DNA of 64,000 nt from Mobula hypostoma. Lineage: Eukaryota. A program made the translations under genes and the position numbers. Positions 26,631 through 39,052 of the stretch are shown piece by piece (position 1 is the stretch's first letter; every line of letters begins with the position of its first letter). The stretch is taken from contig NC_086108.1 in assembly GCF_963921235.1 (NCBI RefSeq), positions 46,440,001 through 46,504,000 of the forward strand. The letters are read 5' to 3'. Under the pieces are notes generated by a model. That model saw only the letters and a list, made by a program, of their open reading frames with translations. It was not told where the DNA came from and made no database searches.

Positions 26631-26744
26631 TAAAAAGATTGCTGATCTCATTGAAACATACCAAATTCTAACCAAGTAAATGTGGAGTTGGTGTTCCCTG
26701 TAGCAGGTTGTCCTGAAATGGTGATCACTATCTCAAGAGGCAAA

Positions 26745-26910
26745 CAATCTGCTGGAGAAATTCTGCAGGCTGAACAGCATTGGTTGGTGGGGGGGGGGGG
26801 GAGGAATTGTTGGTGTTTCATGTGGAAGCCCTGTAACATTCCTGATGCATAGTTTTGACCTGGAATATTGCCAGCTCCTTTCCCCGGTCAGATGCTGAGT
26901 CAGTTTCCTG
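26745..26910. mobile_element. Fold-back repeat, probably Penelope-like-element derived
   Basis: Related to 20460-20655 and 50910-51225; degenerate CTGATG...GGAA core at about 26842-26865. Confidence 0.45.
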
Positions 26911-27557
26911 TGTTACTATTTCAAAATAACCGGCGAGTTATCCAGTGTTGAAATGAGGTTGATCTCCTTGATCCAGAGTGGCCAATCTTTAGAATTCTTA
27001 ACCCAAGAGATGCATTACCTTAGGTTATGAAAGACAGAAACTGACAGATATTTGGATACCAAGCGGGTCAAAGGATATAAAATAAGTGCTGGAAAGTGGC
27101 ATTGAAGTAAATGATTAGCCACAATGGAAGAGAAGGCACAAAGAGCTGAGTTGGTTTCTGTTCTTGCATTTTATATTTATTAGAGATACAATGTTGAAGT
27201 CTCTCTTTATATGATGATGTCTCTTAATTTTCATTCAATTGAAGGAGGTAATTTGCCCAATGCCATCTCTCAGGGCATTGCCCCCAGTCCCATCACTCGA
27301 CCTCTAATTCATAATCCATCCACCTATGCAAGGGTCAATATCAAGTGGCCAATTACCCACCAGCACATTTTGAAATGTGGGGGAAGAACCAGAGTGCTTG
27401 GAGGAAAAGCAAAGGTCACAGGGGAAAACGTGCAAATTCCACACATCTTTCCGAAAGGTACGTCAGGTTTTGATATTAGCAGGTATGTGAAAAATGGACA
27501 TAACGCACTGCAATTACTGTTTATACTCAGCTCCTAGAGAAACAAAGAGCTAATTAC

Positions 27558-27680
27558 CTTGTGACTTCATTTTCCTTCTAATCCAGATCATTATCATGGC
27601 GATAATGAGACCGAGAACAGCTGCTGCAGCAACCACACCCACATAAAGCAAAAAATCCGACGCACGAAATTGTTGCGTAG
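27558..27680 (-). CDS. Selectin transmembrane exon
   Basis: 123 bp, phase 1-1, ttttgcAG...G/GTAATT; (A)TQQFRASDFLLYVGVVAAAAVLGLIIAMIMIWIRRKMKSQ is a hydrophobic helix plus basic stop-transfer; absent from the ORF track. Confidence 0.9.
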
Positions 27681-29179
27681 CTGCAAAACATAAGGCGGCA
27701 ACATGGTGTCAAAGGTAAACTATGTGGTACAAAGTTTAACTAGCTACACATTATCATTACATGCATCTGCAAAGCTTAAAGTGGGACTTTTTGAGCCCCT
27801 GTTCATGTCGGCACCAATTTGTTTCATGTTAATGTAGACATATTGCACTTTGTCACTCCCCAAAGGTTTCACTGAAGCTGCCATGTCACTTCGTCAATGC
27901 AACATGTGTATCAGGAGTTGGAAATTACACAGACATTGAAGTTATTTACAAATTGACTATAGGTAAGATTCTGACAATCAGTCTTTAAATATGTAGCTTA
28001 TAAAACAGGGATTACCCTCATCAAGGAATGAGATTCCCTTCCCCCAACAAAAGCCACACTGAACAGACCCAAAAACAAATAGGAAGAGGTTATGTTATTG
28101 GAACACATTCACCGAATACAGGTGTGGAAGAATACAGGTGTACCCGGTACTTCTAGTGAATGTCTGAGAGAAATAAAACAGCTGCAGAAGAGTCGATGGT
28201 AAGTATACTCATATAGTGCTCCAGACTTCCATTTGTTAGAGCTTGTGAGGCCATTTAAAATGAAGACATGACTTTCAAGCAGAAGATCAAACAGGGTGAT
28301 CAGTAAAGAGGTAAATAAGCAATTGCTGGGAATCATTGGAGAAACAGAGTAGAGCAGAATCTTCAAATTCAGAAAGGACATTGTTTTAATCCATTGTTCA
28401 TACACAGTACACACACAGAAGTGTGTGACATTTGCAGACAAGGTTGTCTCTAGGCCTAGGGAGCAAATAGTATTTAACTGGAGGGGTGGATGCAAGAACA
28501 GAGAGACCAAAAGGTAGCAGAGTACTTTGATTAGACTACTAACAATGCTAACAGGATACTTGGTTTTGTAAATAAAGGGTTCAAGGTAAAAAATGAGAAA
28601 GTCACGGTAATTTATTTAAACATCACTATTTAAGCCTTATTAAAAGCTTCATGAATGATGAGAGTATAATACTCAAAACTGGGAGGGTTTTCCAGAGTTC
28701 AGAGTTCCTTTGTTAAGCATGTCAATGACTAGAGGTCAGATTGAAAGTAACTAATAAAGAATTAGAGGGAAAAAAATGAGGAAAACCTTCCATAGAGGAA
28801 GGTTAGGAATTGATGAAGACAAAATGAAAGAATGGTATAAGTAGGTCCTAAAAGGGCACCAGAAGGCAAACGTAACTGCAAGGTCATGGGGTATGGGAGC
28901 AAATCAGATAACCTCTTCAAAGAGCTGGGGAGGCACAAAGAATAGCAATGCCTCCTTTTCCTCTGAAAGATTCCAAGTTTCTGGTCTTGTGTGACTGATG
29001 CGCTATGAGAACGTGGGAAGTTGAGAGTGGACCAAGCAAATGACTGACACGCACACCTTTGGGAGCATGAAGGATCATGGAGAATTCAGTTTAGGAATTG
29101 TATTATGTTCACTTGTGTGAAGCACGCAACATTCATTGGATGCACGATAGCTTCTTAATAAGCTATCACAGTACATTTG

Positions 29180-29870
29180 GACAGTCTAGTTTGTTGTTGC
29201 AGATCTGGGAATGCAGATCAATAATTGCCTGAAAGTGTCGTCACAGGTAGATAGTATTGTAAAGAGAGCTTTTGGCACATTGGCCTTCATAAAATCAGAG
29301 TATTGAGTACAGGAGTGTTGTGTGCAGTTCTCGTCACCTACCTACAGGCAAGGTAACAATAAGATTGGAAGAGTACAAAGAAAATCTATAAGGTTGTTGC
29401 TGGGACTTGAGGACCCGAGTTATAGTTAAGGCCGAATAGATTAGAATTTTATTCCCTGGAGTTTAGGGGAATGAGGGGAAATTTGATAGAGGTATACAAA
29501 ATTAAGAGGAATATAGATAGAGGAAGTACATGCAGGCCTTTTCCCCTGAGGTTGGGTGAGACTAGAACTAGAGTTCATAGGTTTAGAGTGAAAGATGAAA
29601 TACTTCAGGAGAACCTGAGGGGGGAGATCATAAATCAAGAGATTCTGCAGATGCTGAAATATGAGGGGGAACCTCTTCACTCAGAGAGTGGTTTGAGTGG
29701 GGAATAAGCTGACAGTGGAAATGGTACGGGTGGGTTTGACTGAAATATTTAAGACAAGTTTGGATAAGTACATGGATGGGAGGGTTATGGTGCAGGTGAA
29801 GGTCAATGGGACACCACAGACTAGATGGGCTGAAGGGCCCGTTTCTCTGTTGTAGTGCTCTTCGACTTTA
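29180..29870 (+). mobile_element. CR1 LINE 3' fragment
   Basis: MRGNLIEVYKI..FPLRLGETRTR.HRF; CR1 3' UTR. Confidence 0.8.
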
Positions 29871-29902
29871 AGATGAAACCCAATCCTGTACAGAATTCAT
29901 AC

Positions 29903-30095
29903 ATCCACTTTATGTGTGGGATCTGTGACCAGCTGCCAACAGTAGAATTTTTTTTCATGGGGACTCACTGGCCCTTTCAACTTAGGATTCCCAGTGCAGT
30001 CAAAGTTGCACTCTGAGCAGTAGCTAAAGTTGCCAGAGGTTATGAACAGTTCGTAATCCCTGGGGAGTGAGTATACATTTCCTGACATTTCACTA
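29903..30095 (-). pseudogene. Decayed membrane-proximal CCP pseudo-exon (L)
   Basis: VKCQEMYTHSPGITNCS*P/GNFSYCSECNFDCTGNPKLKG../GSWSQIP; in-frame stop and frameshifts. Confidence 0.72.
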
Positions 30096-30357
30096 CCACA
30101 TTGTATTGCAAAGAACGGCAGCATTATGATTATAGTCTGTTACTAGTTATGGAAATGAGTACTTTTTTTAAGCAACTACTACTTCACAAAAATATTAAAG
30201 TAGGAGTTATACAATACAAATAACTATATGAAAAATCTTTTGCTATTTGTATCAAATGCCTTTTAAGAATGCTATCAAGTTAAGTTCAACACTCAATGGC
30301 GATCAGCTTGAATGGAGCAAACAGCGGTACTGTATGCCTACAACTCTGATGACTGTT

Positions 30358-30710
30358 CAGAAACATAGAAAATCTACAGCACATTACATGTTCTTCAGCC
30401 CACAATATTGTGCCAACCGTGTAACCTACTCTAGTAGCTGCCTAGAATTTCCCTACTGCACAGCCCTCTATTTTCCTAAGCTCCATACGCCTATCTGAGA
30501 GTCTCTTAAAAGATCCTATTGTATCCACCTCTACCACCTTCGTTGGCAGTGCATTCCAAGCACCCACTGGTCTCTGTGTGAAAAACTTACCTCTGACATC
30601 CCCCTTGTACCTACTTCCAAACATCTTAATACTATGCGCCCTCGTGTAGGCCACTTCAGCCCTGGGGAAAAAGCCTCTGGCTATCCACACGATAAATGCC
30701 TCTCATCCTT
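30358..30710 (-). mobile_element. CR1 LINE 3' end
   Basis: RGKFFTQR.VGAWNALP; same family as 35965-36670. Confidence 0.85.
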
Positions 30711-31044
30711 TCATTCCTTTCAAACAGAACTTTATGTTTAGACTGCAGAATCACGATTTTTATTCTATTTCTGCATAGTTAGAAAGTGCATTTATAACAA
30801 TGTTTTGCAATATTCTAAAGGGAACTTAATTGTGAATAATTATTGCTGAGGCAAGATCCCCACCCGATTTTGGGGAATTTTTATCATTTGCTTGATCTGA
30901 GTTTAATACTGTTGCTACAAGATTAGAAGGTGTTAGCTGGTTTCAATAACAATCCATTCTAAAAGTGAGCTCTGATAGTCCTTGGAAGCTACAGTTCTCC
31001 CCCCACCCCCCCGCCCATTTGTTCATTGGCAGGGTTCACTTCAA

Positions 31045-31555
31045 ACATTTGAAGAAGTTTGGCATGAGTCCCCAAGTACTAAGAACTTTCTACAGGGGCA
31101 CAATTGAGAGCATCCTGACTGGCTGCATCACTGCCTGGTATGGGAACCGTACTTCCCTCAATCGCAGGACTCTGCAGAGAGTGGTGCAGACAGCCCAATG
31201 CGTCTGTAGATGTGAACTTCACACTATTCAGGACATTTACAGAGACAGGTGCGTAAAAAGGGCTCGAAGGGTCATTGGAGACCCGAGTCACCCCAACCCC
31301 AAACTGTTCCAGCTGCTACCATCTGGGAAACGGTACCGCAGCATAAAAGCCAGGACCGACAGGCTCCGGGACAGCTTCCTCCACCAGGCCATCAGACTGA
31401 TTAATTCACGCTGATACAATTGTGTTTCTATGCTATATTGACTGTCCTTCTGTACATACTATTTATTACAAATTGCACCTTTAAACAGACGTAATGTAAA
31501 GATTTTTACTCAAGTATGTGAAGAATGTATGAAATAAAGTCAATTCAATTCAATC
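31045..31555 (+). mobile_element. Rex/Babar LINE 3' end
   Basis: FYRGTIESILTGCITAWYG..LLPSGKRYRSI; AATAAA plus (caatt)n tail. Confidence 0.88.
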
Positions 31556-32039
31556 ATCAATTGTGCAGTTCCAACGAGAAAGTGAAAGTTGTTGAACTGC
31601 ACCATGATCCTGTGATGAATACCCTCCCTGCTGTTTAATAGCAAGTTCAGGCATGATAACTAAGCAATCTCAGAGGAGTGACGTTATATCTCCAAAGGAA
31701 GAAGGTGTGTGTGTTGAGGTAACGGTGCAACTCAGAATGTCACCATGTGTCTCAATCCAGATAATGAAGGCCATGGGTTTAGGAAGGTCTTGTTGAAATA
31801 AATCTTGGCAGTGTGTTGCATCTTGTAGATGGCACACATTGTATCCAATGTTGGTGATGGAGGAGTGAATGTTTAAGCATAAGAATGGTCACTTTAAAAG
31901 CAGTTTAAAAATAGATAAATTTGCATTGTTGAAATTCAAATCTACCTTTTGATTGAACTGTACAATGAATATGCAAGAGGAGGGATTGAGAGGAAGGTGG
32001 ATGTCATGACCAGTAAGAACGGGTAGGAGCATGGTAATA

Positions 32040-34790
32040 GACACAATGGGATGAATAGTTTGAAATGCGTGTATTTTAATGCTGCAAGTATTATGGGTAA
32101 AGGTGATGAATTTAGAGCATGGATCAGTACATGGAACTATGAGGTTGTGACCATTACAGAGACTTGGTTGAGAGAGGAACAGGAATGGGTCCTCAATATC
32201 ACAGGGTTTTGAAGTTTTAGAAAAGTTCGAGGAGGAGGTAAAAAGAGATGGGGAAGTGGACTACTAGTCAGGGACAATATCACAGCTGCACACAGAGGGG
32301 ACATAATAGAGGACTCACCCACTGAGTCTACTTGGATAGAATTTAAAAAAAAATAGGAAAGATAAAATCACTCTGATGTGATCTACAGATCTCCATTTAG
32401 CCACAGGATATCAAGGAACAGATATGCAGGCAGATTAGGGAAAGATATAAAAACAACAGGCCTTGTTCTAGGTAATTTCAACTTGCCTAATATAGACTGA
32501 GACATCGTTAGTGTAGGAGGTTTAGATGGAGCAGATAGTCTAACAAGAAGAGATGTCATACTGGGCCTGGTATTGGAGAATAAGCCTTGCCAAGTAACTG
32601 ACCTCTTCAGTGGGTGGAACAGAGATTACAATTCCTTAAGTTTTAAGATACCTATAGGCAAGGTCTGAATTTGGAGCTGGACAAATTATGAGAGCATTAA
32701 GCAGGAACTAGGGACTGTAAATGGGGAACAGCTGTTATTGAGTATGTCCTCATCTGGCATGTGGGGGATGTTTAAAGACCAACTGCACAGAATACAGGGT
32801 GGATGTGTTCCCTCAAGAAGGAAGGACAAGGGTGGCAAGGTAAGGGAACTGTGGATGTTGAGAGAGGTGGTGAATTTAGTTATGAAGGAAACAGAAATGT
32901 ATGTAAGGTTTAGGAAGGTAAAATCAAACATAACCGTTGAGGATCATTAAAAAGCTAGGAAAAAAACTCAAGAAGGGAATTAGGAAAGCCAGGAGAGATC
33001 ATGGGAAGTCCTTGGCAAGAGGATTAAACAGAATCCCAAGACATTCTATATAGATGTTAAGAGCAACAGTACAAATAGGAAGAGGGTAGGACCACTCAAA
33101 GATAAGGAGGGAACATGCTGACACAAGGATGTGTATTAAATGAGTACTTTGCATTGGTATTTACCAAGGAAAAGGACATGGAGGATAGGGAGATCAGTGT
33201 GGAGTGTACTAAATTGCTGGGGCATTTTGAGATAAAGAAGAATGTAAAGTTGCGTCTCGTAAAGAACATTAAGGTGGATAAGTCCTGATGTGATATATCC
33301 CAGGTTATTGAGAGGGGTAAGCGATAAGATTGCTGGTGCCATGACCAATATCTTTGTATCCTCTCTAGCTACTGCCAAAGGCCCAGAGCTCTTCTAATAA
33401 GCAAATGTTATTCTACTATTCAAGAAGGGAACAGGTATTATCTTGGAAACAGTTGATCGGTGAGTCTTACATCAGTGATAGGGAAAGTACTGGTAAAGAT
33501 TCTCAGGGATAGAATTTATCAATATTTGGCCTCATTAGGGGCAGTCTATGGCCAGTTGTGTCTTACAAACCTGATTAAGTTTTAAGGAGATAATGAACGT
33601 GTTTGATGATGGATGTTGTCAACATGGATTTTAGTAAGGCATCTGACAAGATCCTCAATTAAGACTCATCCAAAAGATGAAGATGCGTGGGATCCACATT
33701 GAATCAGCCATTTGGATTCAGTATCAGTTTGCCCATAGTAGAGAGCAGGTAGTGGTCGATGGGACTTTTTCTGGCTGGAGGCTGAGATTAGTGGTGTTCT
33801 GTGGGGATCAGTACTGTTTGTAATATAGTTAAATTACCTGGATAAAAACATAGATAGGTGAGTTGTAAGCTTGCAGACATTATGAAGATTGGTAGTGTTG
33901 TGGCTAATACAGACTGACAAAGGATATAGTGGGATAAAGCTCAGTTGCAGATATGGTCGGACAAATAGCAGCTGGAGTTTCAGCTGTTCAGATGCGAAGT
34001 GCCGAGTTTTGGGAGATCAAACTTAAAGAAAGAGTACACTTAGTGGCAAGACCATTAACTGCATTGATGTGCAGAGAGATCTTGGGGTCCAAGTCCTTAA
34101 CTCCCTAAAAGTAGCTACTTAGGGTTGTAAAGAACGCATATGGCATGCTTGCCTTTATAAGTTAAGGAACTGAATTCAGGAGTTGGGAAGTTATGTTGTA
34201 ACCTTATAAAAGTCTAGTTTGGCCACATCTGGACTACTGCATTCAGTTCCGGTCACCCCGTCATTAGGAAAAACGTCGAGGCTTTGGATAGAATGTGAAA
34301 AGGTTTACCAGGCTGCTGTCTGGATCAGAAGGTGAATGTTATAAGGGTAGGCTGGACAAACTTGGGTTGTTTTGACCGGCACAGCAGAGGGGAGATCTGA
34401 TAGAATTTATAAGATTATGAGTGGCACAGATACAGTAGACAGCCAATATCTTCTGATTACAGGGTTAAAACGTCCAATACCAGAGGCCATGCGTTTAAAG
34501 TGAGAGAGGCTAAGTTCAAAGGAGGTGCACAGGTCAGGTTTTTTTTTATATACAATCATAGAAAGTAATGGGTACCTGGAATGTCTGGGATGGTTGTGAA
34601 GACAAATGCAATCCAGGTATTCTGGAGGCTCTCGGGTAGACACATGAATGTGCAAGAAACATGAGGATACAGGCATCTCACAGATAGAAGAGGTTAGTTT
34701 AGTTGGGCATTTGATTACTAATTAATTAGTTCAGCACAACATTGGGGACCTAAGGGGCTGTTCGGGTTCTGGACTAGTTCTGTGATTCAT
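32040..34790 (+). mobile_element. Decayed CR1 LINE ORF2 (endonuclease through RT and 3' UTR)
   Basis: LKCVYFNA.SI..K.DE..VVTITETW start; later VWPHLDYCIQF and GDLIEFIRL remnants; many stops. Confidence 0.85.
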
Positions 34791-35300
34791 CTTTTTAATA
34801 CAATTATCATGTTAGATAATGTAAGCATGAATATTTGTCTTTCAAATAATCCATGCTATAGATTTTTGTCAGTAGTAGAGGACAGACCAGTTGGTAATAG
34901 TATTGTTGTGAGTAATAAGCCATTAATTAGACAAAACTAAAAGCCTCGGTTATGTCCATTTCAAAGTACTTTGCATAGTTACAGGGGGAACAGCACCTTG
35001 TACTACCCCTGTAACAAACTGTTAATTAAGATATTTATTATTTTCTAGAACAAAAGCATGAGCAGCTTAATTGCCAGATTAAGGATATGAGGTATAAAGC
35101 CTGATGCAATCTAATTTCCCTTCCGTCTCTTGGAAAAGGTATGTCCCAACTCACAGGTGGATCTAATGATTAACCTTAGGAACAATTTGCTTCATTTGTC
35201 TTCCTAAAAAAGCATTTGTACAAAAATATTTTAAAAGATTCAAAGCAAAATGACTAAAAACAATTTTTTGGATTTGGGTAGTCAAAAGGAAATCAACTAC

Positions 35301-35486
35301 CTTTGCAAAATGGCAACGTATTTGTCCAGTTTCCTGAGTTTGTACATTCGATTTCTACTGCTCGTTTCAAAACAGAACCTTCCAGACAGCTCACTTCACA
35401 CTTTGAACTGTAACTAAACTTTCCGAACGGATGGGTGCAGTTCATCGAGACATAATCTGGTGTCTTCAGTGCATCACATTTCACAG
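35301..35486 (-). CDS. Selectin membrane-proximal sushi/CCP exon (K)
   Basis: 186 bp, ttttccAG/GT bounded; VKCDALKTPDYVSMNCTHPFGKFSYSSKCEVSCLEGSVLKRAVEIECTNSGNWTNTLPFCK; six Cys. Confidence 0.9.
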
Positions 35487-35964
35487 CTGGAAAAATGCAG
35501 ACCTCTATTAGTTGTTTTGTGTGACAGCCCTTATTAGGAAATCTCCACTGATGATTATATTGCAGTACCTTATTATTAACAGATTTCCTATTCAATTCAC
35601 ATCATTTCAATCACACTTCCATTTCATTAACATGAAAATTATTGGAGAAATACTTAAACATAATGTATATTTTTGGAATAAAATAAAAGTGTTAAATCCA
35701 AGAAGATGGTTCATTTTTATACAAGGATTTTCTTCTCAACAGATGCCATCAATATGCGCTGTTCACAGCAATAAGACAACTGGCAAAGAAAGGAGGCTCA
35801 GTCTCCTGAAAACCAGAGACACTTGTGAGTGAAGTGCTCCTCTTTGTACCTCTCATTGTTCACTCCTCCTTATTGGGAATAACTTGAAATCCATCCATAA
35901 AGCTGATTATTGCAAATCAGTTACCTTATATCATTGCAAATCACTACAAATGAGACCTGCCATA

Positions 35965-36670
35965 ATAGAAACAGAAACATAAAAAGCATATAAATCTACA
36001 GCACATTACAGGCCCGTTGGCCCACAATGTTGTGCCGACCATGTAGCTACTTTAGAAGCTGCCTAGAACTTCCCTACCCCATAGCCCTCTATTTTTCTAA
36101 GCTCCATGTACCTATCTAAGAGTCTCTTAAAAGACCCTATTGTATCTGCTTCCACCACTGCCACTGGCAGTGCATTCTACGCATCCACCACTCTGTGTGT
36201 GAAAAACTTACCTTTGACATCCCCCTTGTACCTACATCCAAGCACCTTAAGACTATGCCCTCTTATGTTAGTTATTTCAGCCCTGGGGAAAACCCTCTGG
36301 CTATCCACACGATCAATGTCCCTCATCATCTTATACACCTCTATCAGGTCACCTCTCATCCTCCATGGCTCCAAGGAGAAAAAGCCAAGTTCACTCAACC
36401 TATTCTCACAAGGTATGCCCTCCAATCCAGGCAACATCCTTGTAAATCTCCTCTGCACTCTCTCTATAGTATCCACATTCTTCCTGTAGTGAGGTGACCA
36501 GAATTGAACATTCTCCAAGTGGGGTCTAACTAAGGTCTTTAATAACTGTAACATTACCTCATGACTCTGGAACTCAATCCCACAGTTGATGAAGGCCAAC
36601 ACACCATACGCCTTCTTAACAACACTGTTAACCTGCACAGCAGCTTTGAGTGTCCTATGGACACGGACCC
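35965..36670 (-). mobile_element. CR1 LINE 3' fragment
   Basis: VKKAYGVLAFI..LVRPHLE..RVQRRFTRMLPG..MRGDLIEVYK. Confidence 0.9.
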
Positions 36671-37176
36671 TAACATCTAGCTGATTTGTTTTTCACAGGA
36701 ACCTTGGCAATATTTGGAAACACCACATTAGGACAAATGGTCATCAATATTCGTCTAGTTCGCTTCAATTTTGTAAAAGAACAAACTCCCAATCTCTGAG
36801 GTTGCACTTGGATAATCTCGAAAAAGTATGTCAAACTGTGATGATAATCACAACTACAGCATTCTCCCTCTCCCCCTTCTATCCCCCTACCCCCCAGCAG
36901 CAGCACTACCATTAAACTTCCTGAATCACCTCATTTCAATTTCCCAGTATTATACTTTCAACTTATTTCTTTCTCAGCAGAATTTGTTTTCATATTATCT
37001 GAGACCTCTGCAACTGTCCTAATAATAGATCCAGTCTTAATCATAAATCCGCCCAGCACGACCAATGCTATGTATTGTCCAGAGGCTGATTAAAATATTT
37101 TTAAAAGCTTGGCAGTTATATATGGCTTTTCACCTCCCATTTGTAAATTTAGGCACTTTTGCCTTACGTACAAATA

Positions 37177-37436
37177 CAACAAAACTCCATTAACTACCAG
37201 GCTAAGAACAGTGGGGTGCCAGAATGGCATCTTTTTCCACACTATTAGAATATTTTCCAATTATTACTCTAACATTTTAATTCACTTTAACATTGTAACA
37301 CAGCACTGTCTAAATGAAGAATGGGAATTGTGAATCTCTGTGTTAGACAGAGCATAGGAATCAGCACCCAATGAGCCAAATGCTGAATCATCAGGATTTC
37401 TGAATAATCTGATAGCAGATTATCAGAGTTTTGCTG
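37177..37436. mobile_element. Possible Tigger/pogo-like MITE relic
   Basis: TA-caacaaaactc ... gagttttgctg imperfect TIRs. Confidence 0.4.
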
Positions 37437-39052
37437 ACAATTTTTCTTCAATATCACTCATATTATTGACCAATTAATCTTTTCTGTGGGTGCAGAGCAT
37501 GTACTCAGGGAAGGGAACCTCAGATAATATACAGTTCACATATTTATTTCTAGCCCTGTATAACCTGCTGCAACTGTAATTGGGCAGTCGTGCTATTGTT
37601 AATGTCTCCTTCAGTGCACAAGATTTCATGCATTTTTCTATTCATACTGTGTCCTCTTTTCCCTCTCCCTCACTTACACTGATCTCAATGGAACAGATCC
37701 AGGAGCTTGCTCCAAAAACAGAAAGGCAAATGAGTGAATACAATGGGCCACAGCGTGCTGGATCTAGCCTTGTTGTCTGCCCGTTAGCACTTCCCTTCTG
37801 AATGTAGGTCAGATAAAGTGACCTCTGCATCCGACAGCAAGGAGGAAACAGGCTCTGATCATTGAGTCTCTCTTGAGCCTTCGTGGAGAGAGGCAGCACA
37901 GAATGTTGGTGCAGCCAACTTTCTTAAATGAAGATTCATGTTCAGTAGTGCACTTAGTGTTTCAGTAATTTTTAAGTAATATTGTAAACATAAGTATTGT
38001 TTCATTAAGCCATCTTTGTTGTTTACATAATTCATTATGATTTATATGAATGTCATACATCATTACTTCACCACGTCATACGCTGATACTTTACTAAGAA
38101 AAACTAAGTAGGCAAACATATCTCAGCTCCTGTGGTTTTCTTTCTATTTGAATTTGGAGTTACAAAACATAACAGTGGTGATGAGGAAGTTCTAAAATGA
38201 AGCTGAGATGACTACCTGTTGAAAGCAGCGAGATGTTAGAGTTAAAAATGAAGTGCAGCACGTGGTTCTTCAGAAGGGGTGAGAGACAGAGAGAAGACAA
38301 TATTCTCGGGTTCATAAACAGTGGTAACTGGGCGATAATAGTCATAAGTTTAGAACAAAAAAGCAGAAGTAGCTGACTGAAATAGCTATCAGAAAGATAG
38401 AGGCATTCAATTGCACAACAGATGACTGGAAAATGTATACTGAAAGAATTGAGCAGTACTCTGAAGCAAAGGAAATAGCCAAATGAGTGCCAAAAGGTGG
38501 AAAAGCGTAGAGTTTGTTTAGAAGTTTAATTAGTCCAACCAAACCAGTGAAAATGAGCTTTGCTGATGTCCTGAATATAATTCGGGAACATTTAGTATCA
38601 AAACCTTGTTGATTGCATTACACTTTTGGTTTCATAAGCAGAATTGAAAGGAAGAGGAGTCTATTACAGCTTATGTGGCTGAAATGAAGAGGTTGTCTGA
38701 GCATTGTCAGTTCAGTGTTGGTTTAATGATGCAATGATTGTTTATTTAACTTGTGAAATCTTATTTGAAAGTATTCAAAAGCATTCAAAAACAGCTCCAA
38801 ACTGAAGAACAACTTATATTTAAAAGAGCAGTTGAAATCACTGTGTCAATGGAAACAGCAGCCAGAGATGCAATTGAGTTGTAGATGGTAATGAAAGTGA
38901 GCGCCAACAAAATTGCAATGTCTGAACAGAAACCTGCCTGGCTGAACAAATTGTGTTACTGTTGTGGCAGGGGCTCGCATACACAATACCAATATAGGTT
39001 TAAAGGTGAAACTTGCAGAAAATGCCACAAAGTAGAACACATACAAAGAACA

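Noticed and set aside
34978..35015. 10-bp inverted repeat gttacagggg/cccctgtaac
   Set aside because: Too short to separate from chance or a tiny MITE scar
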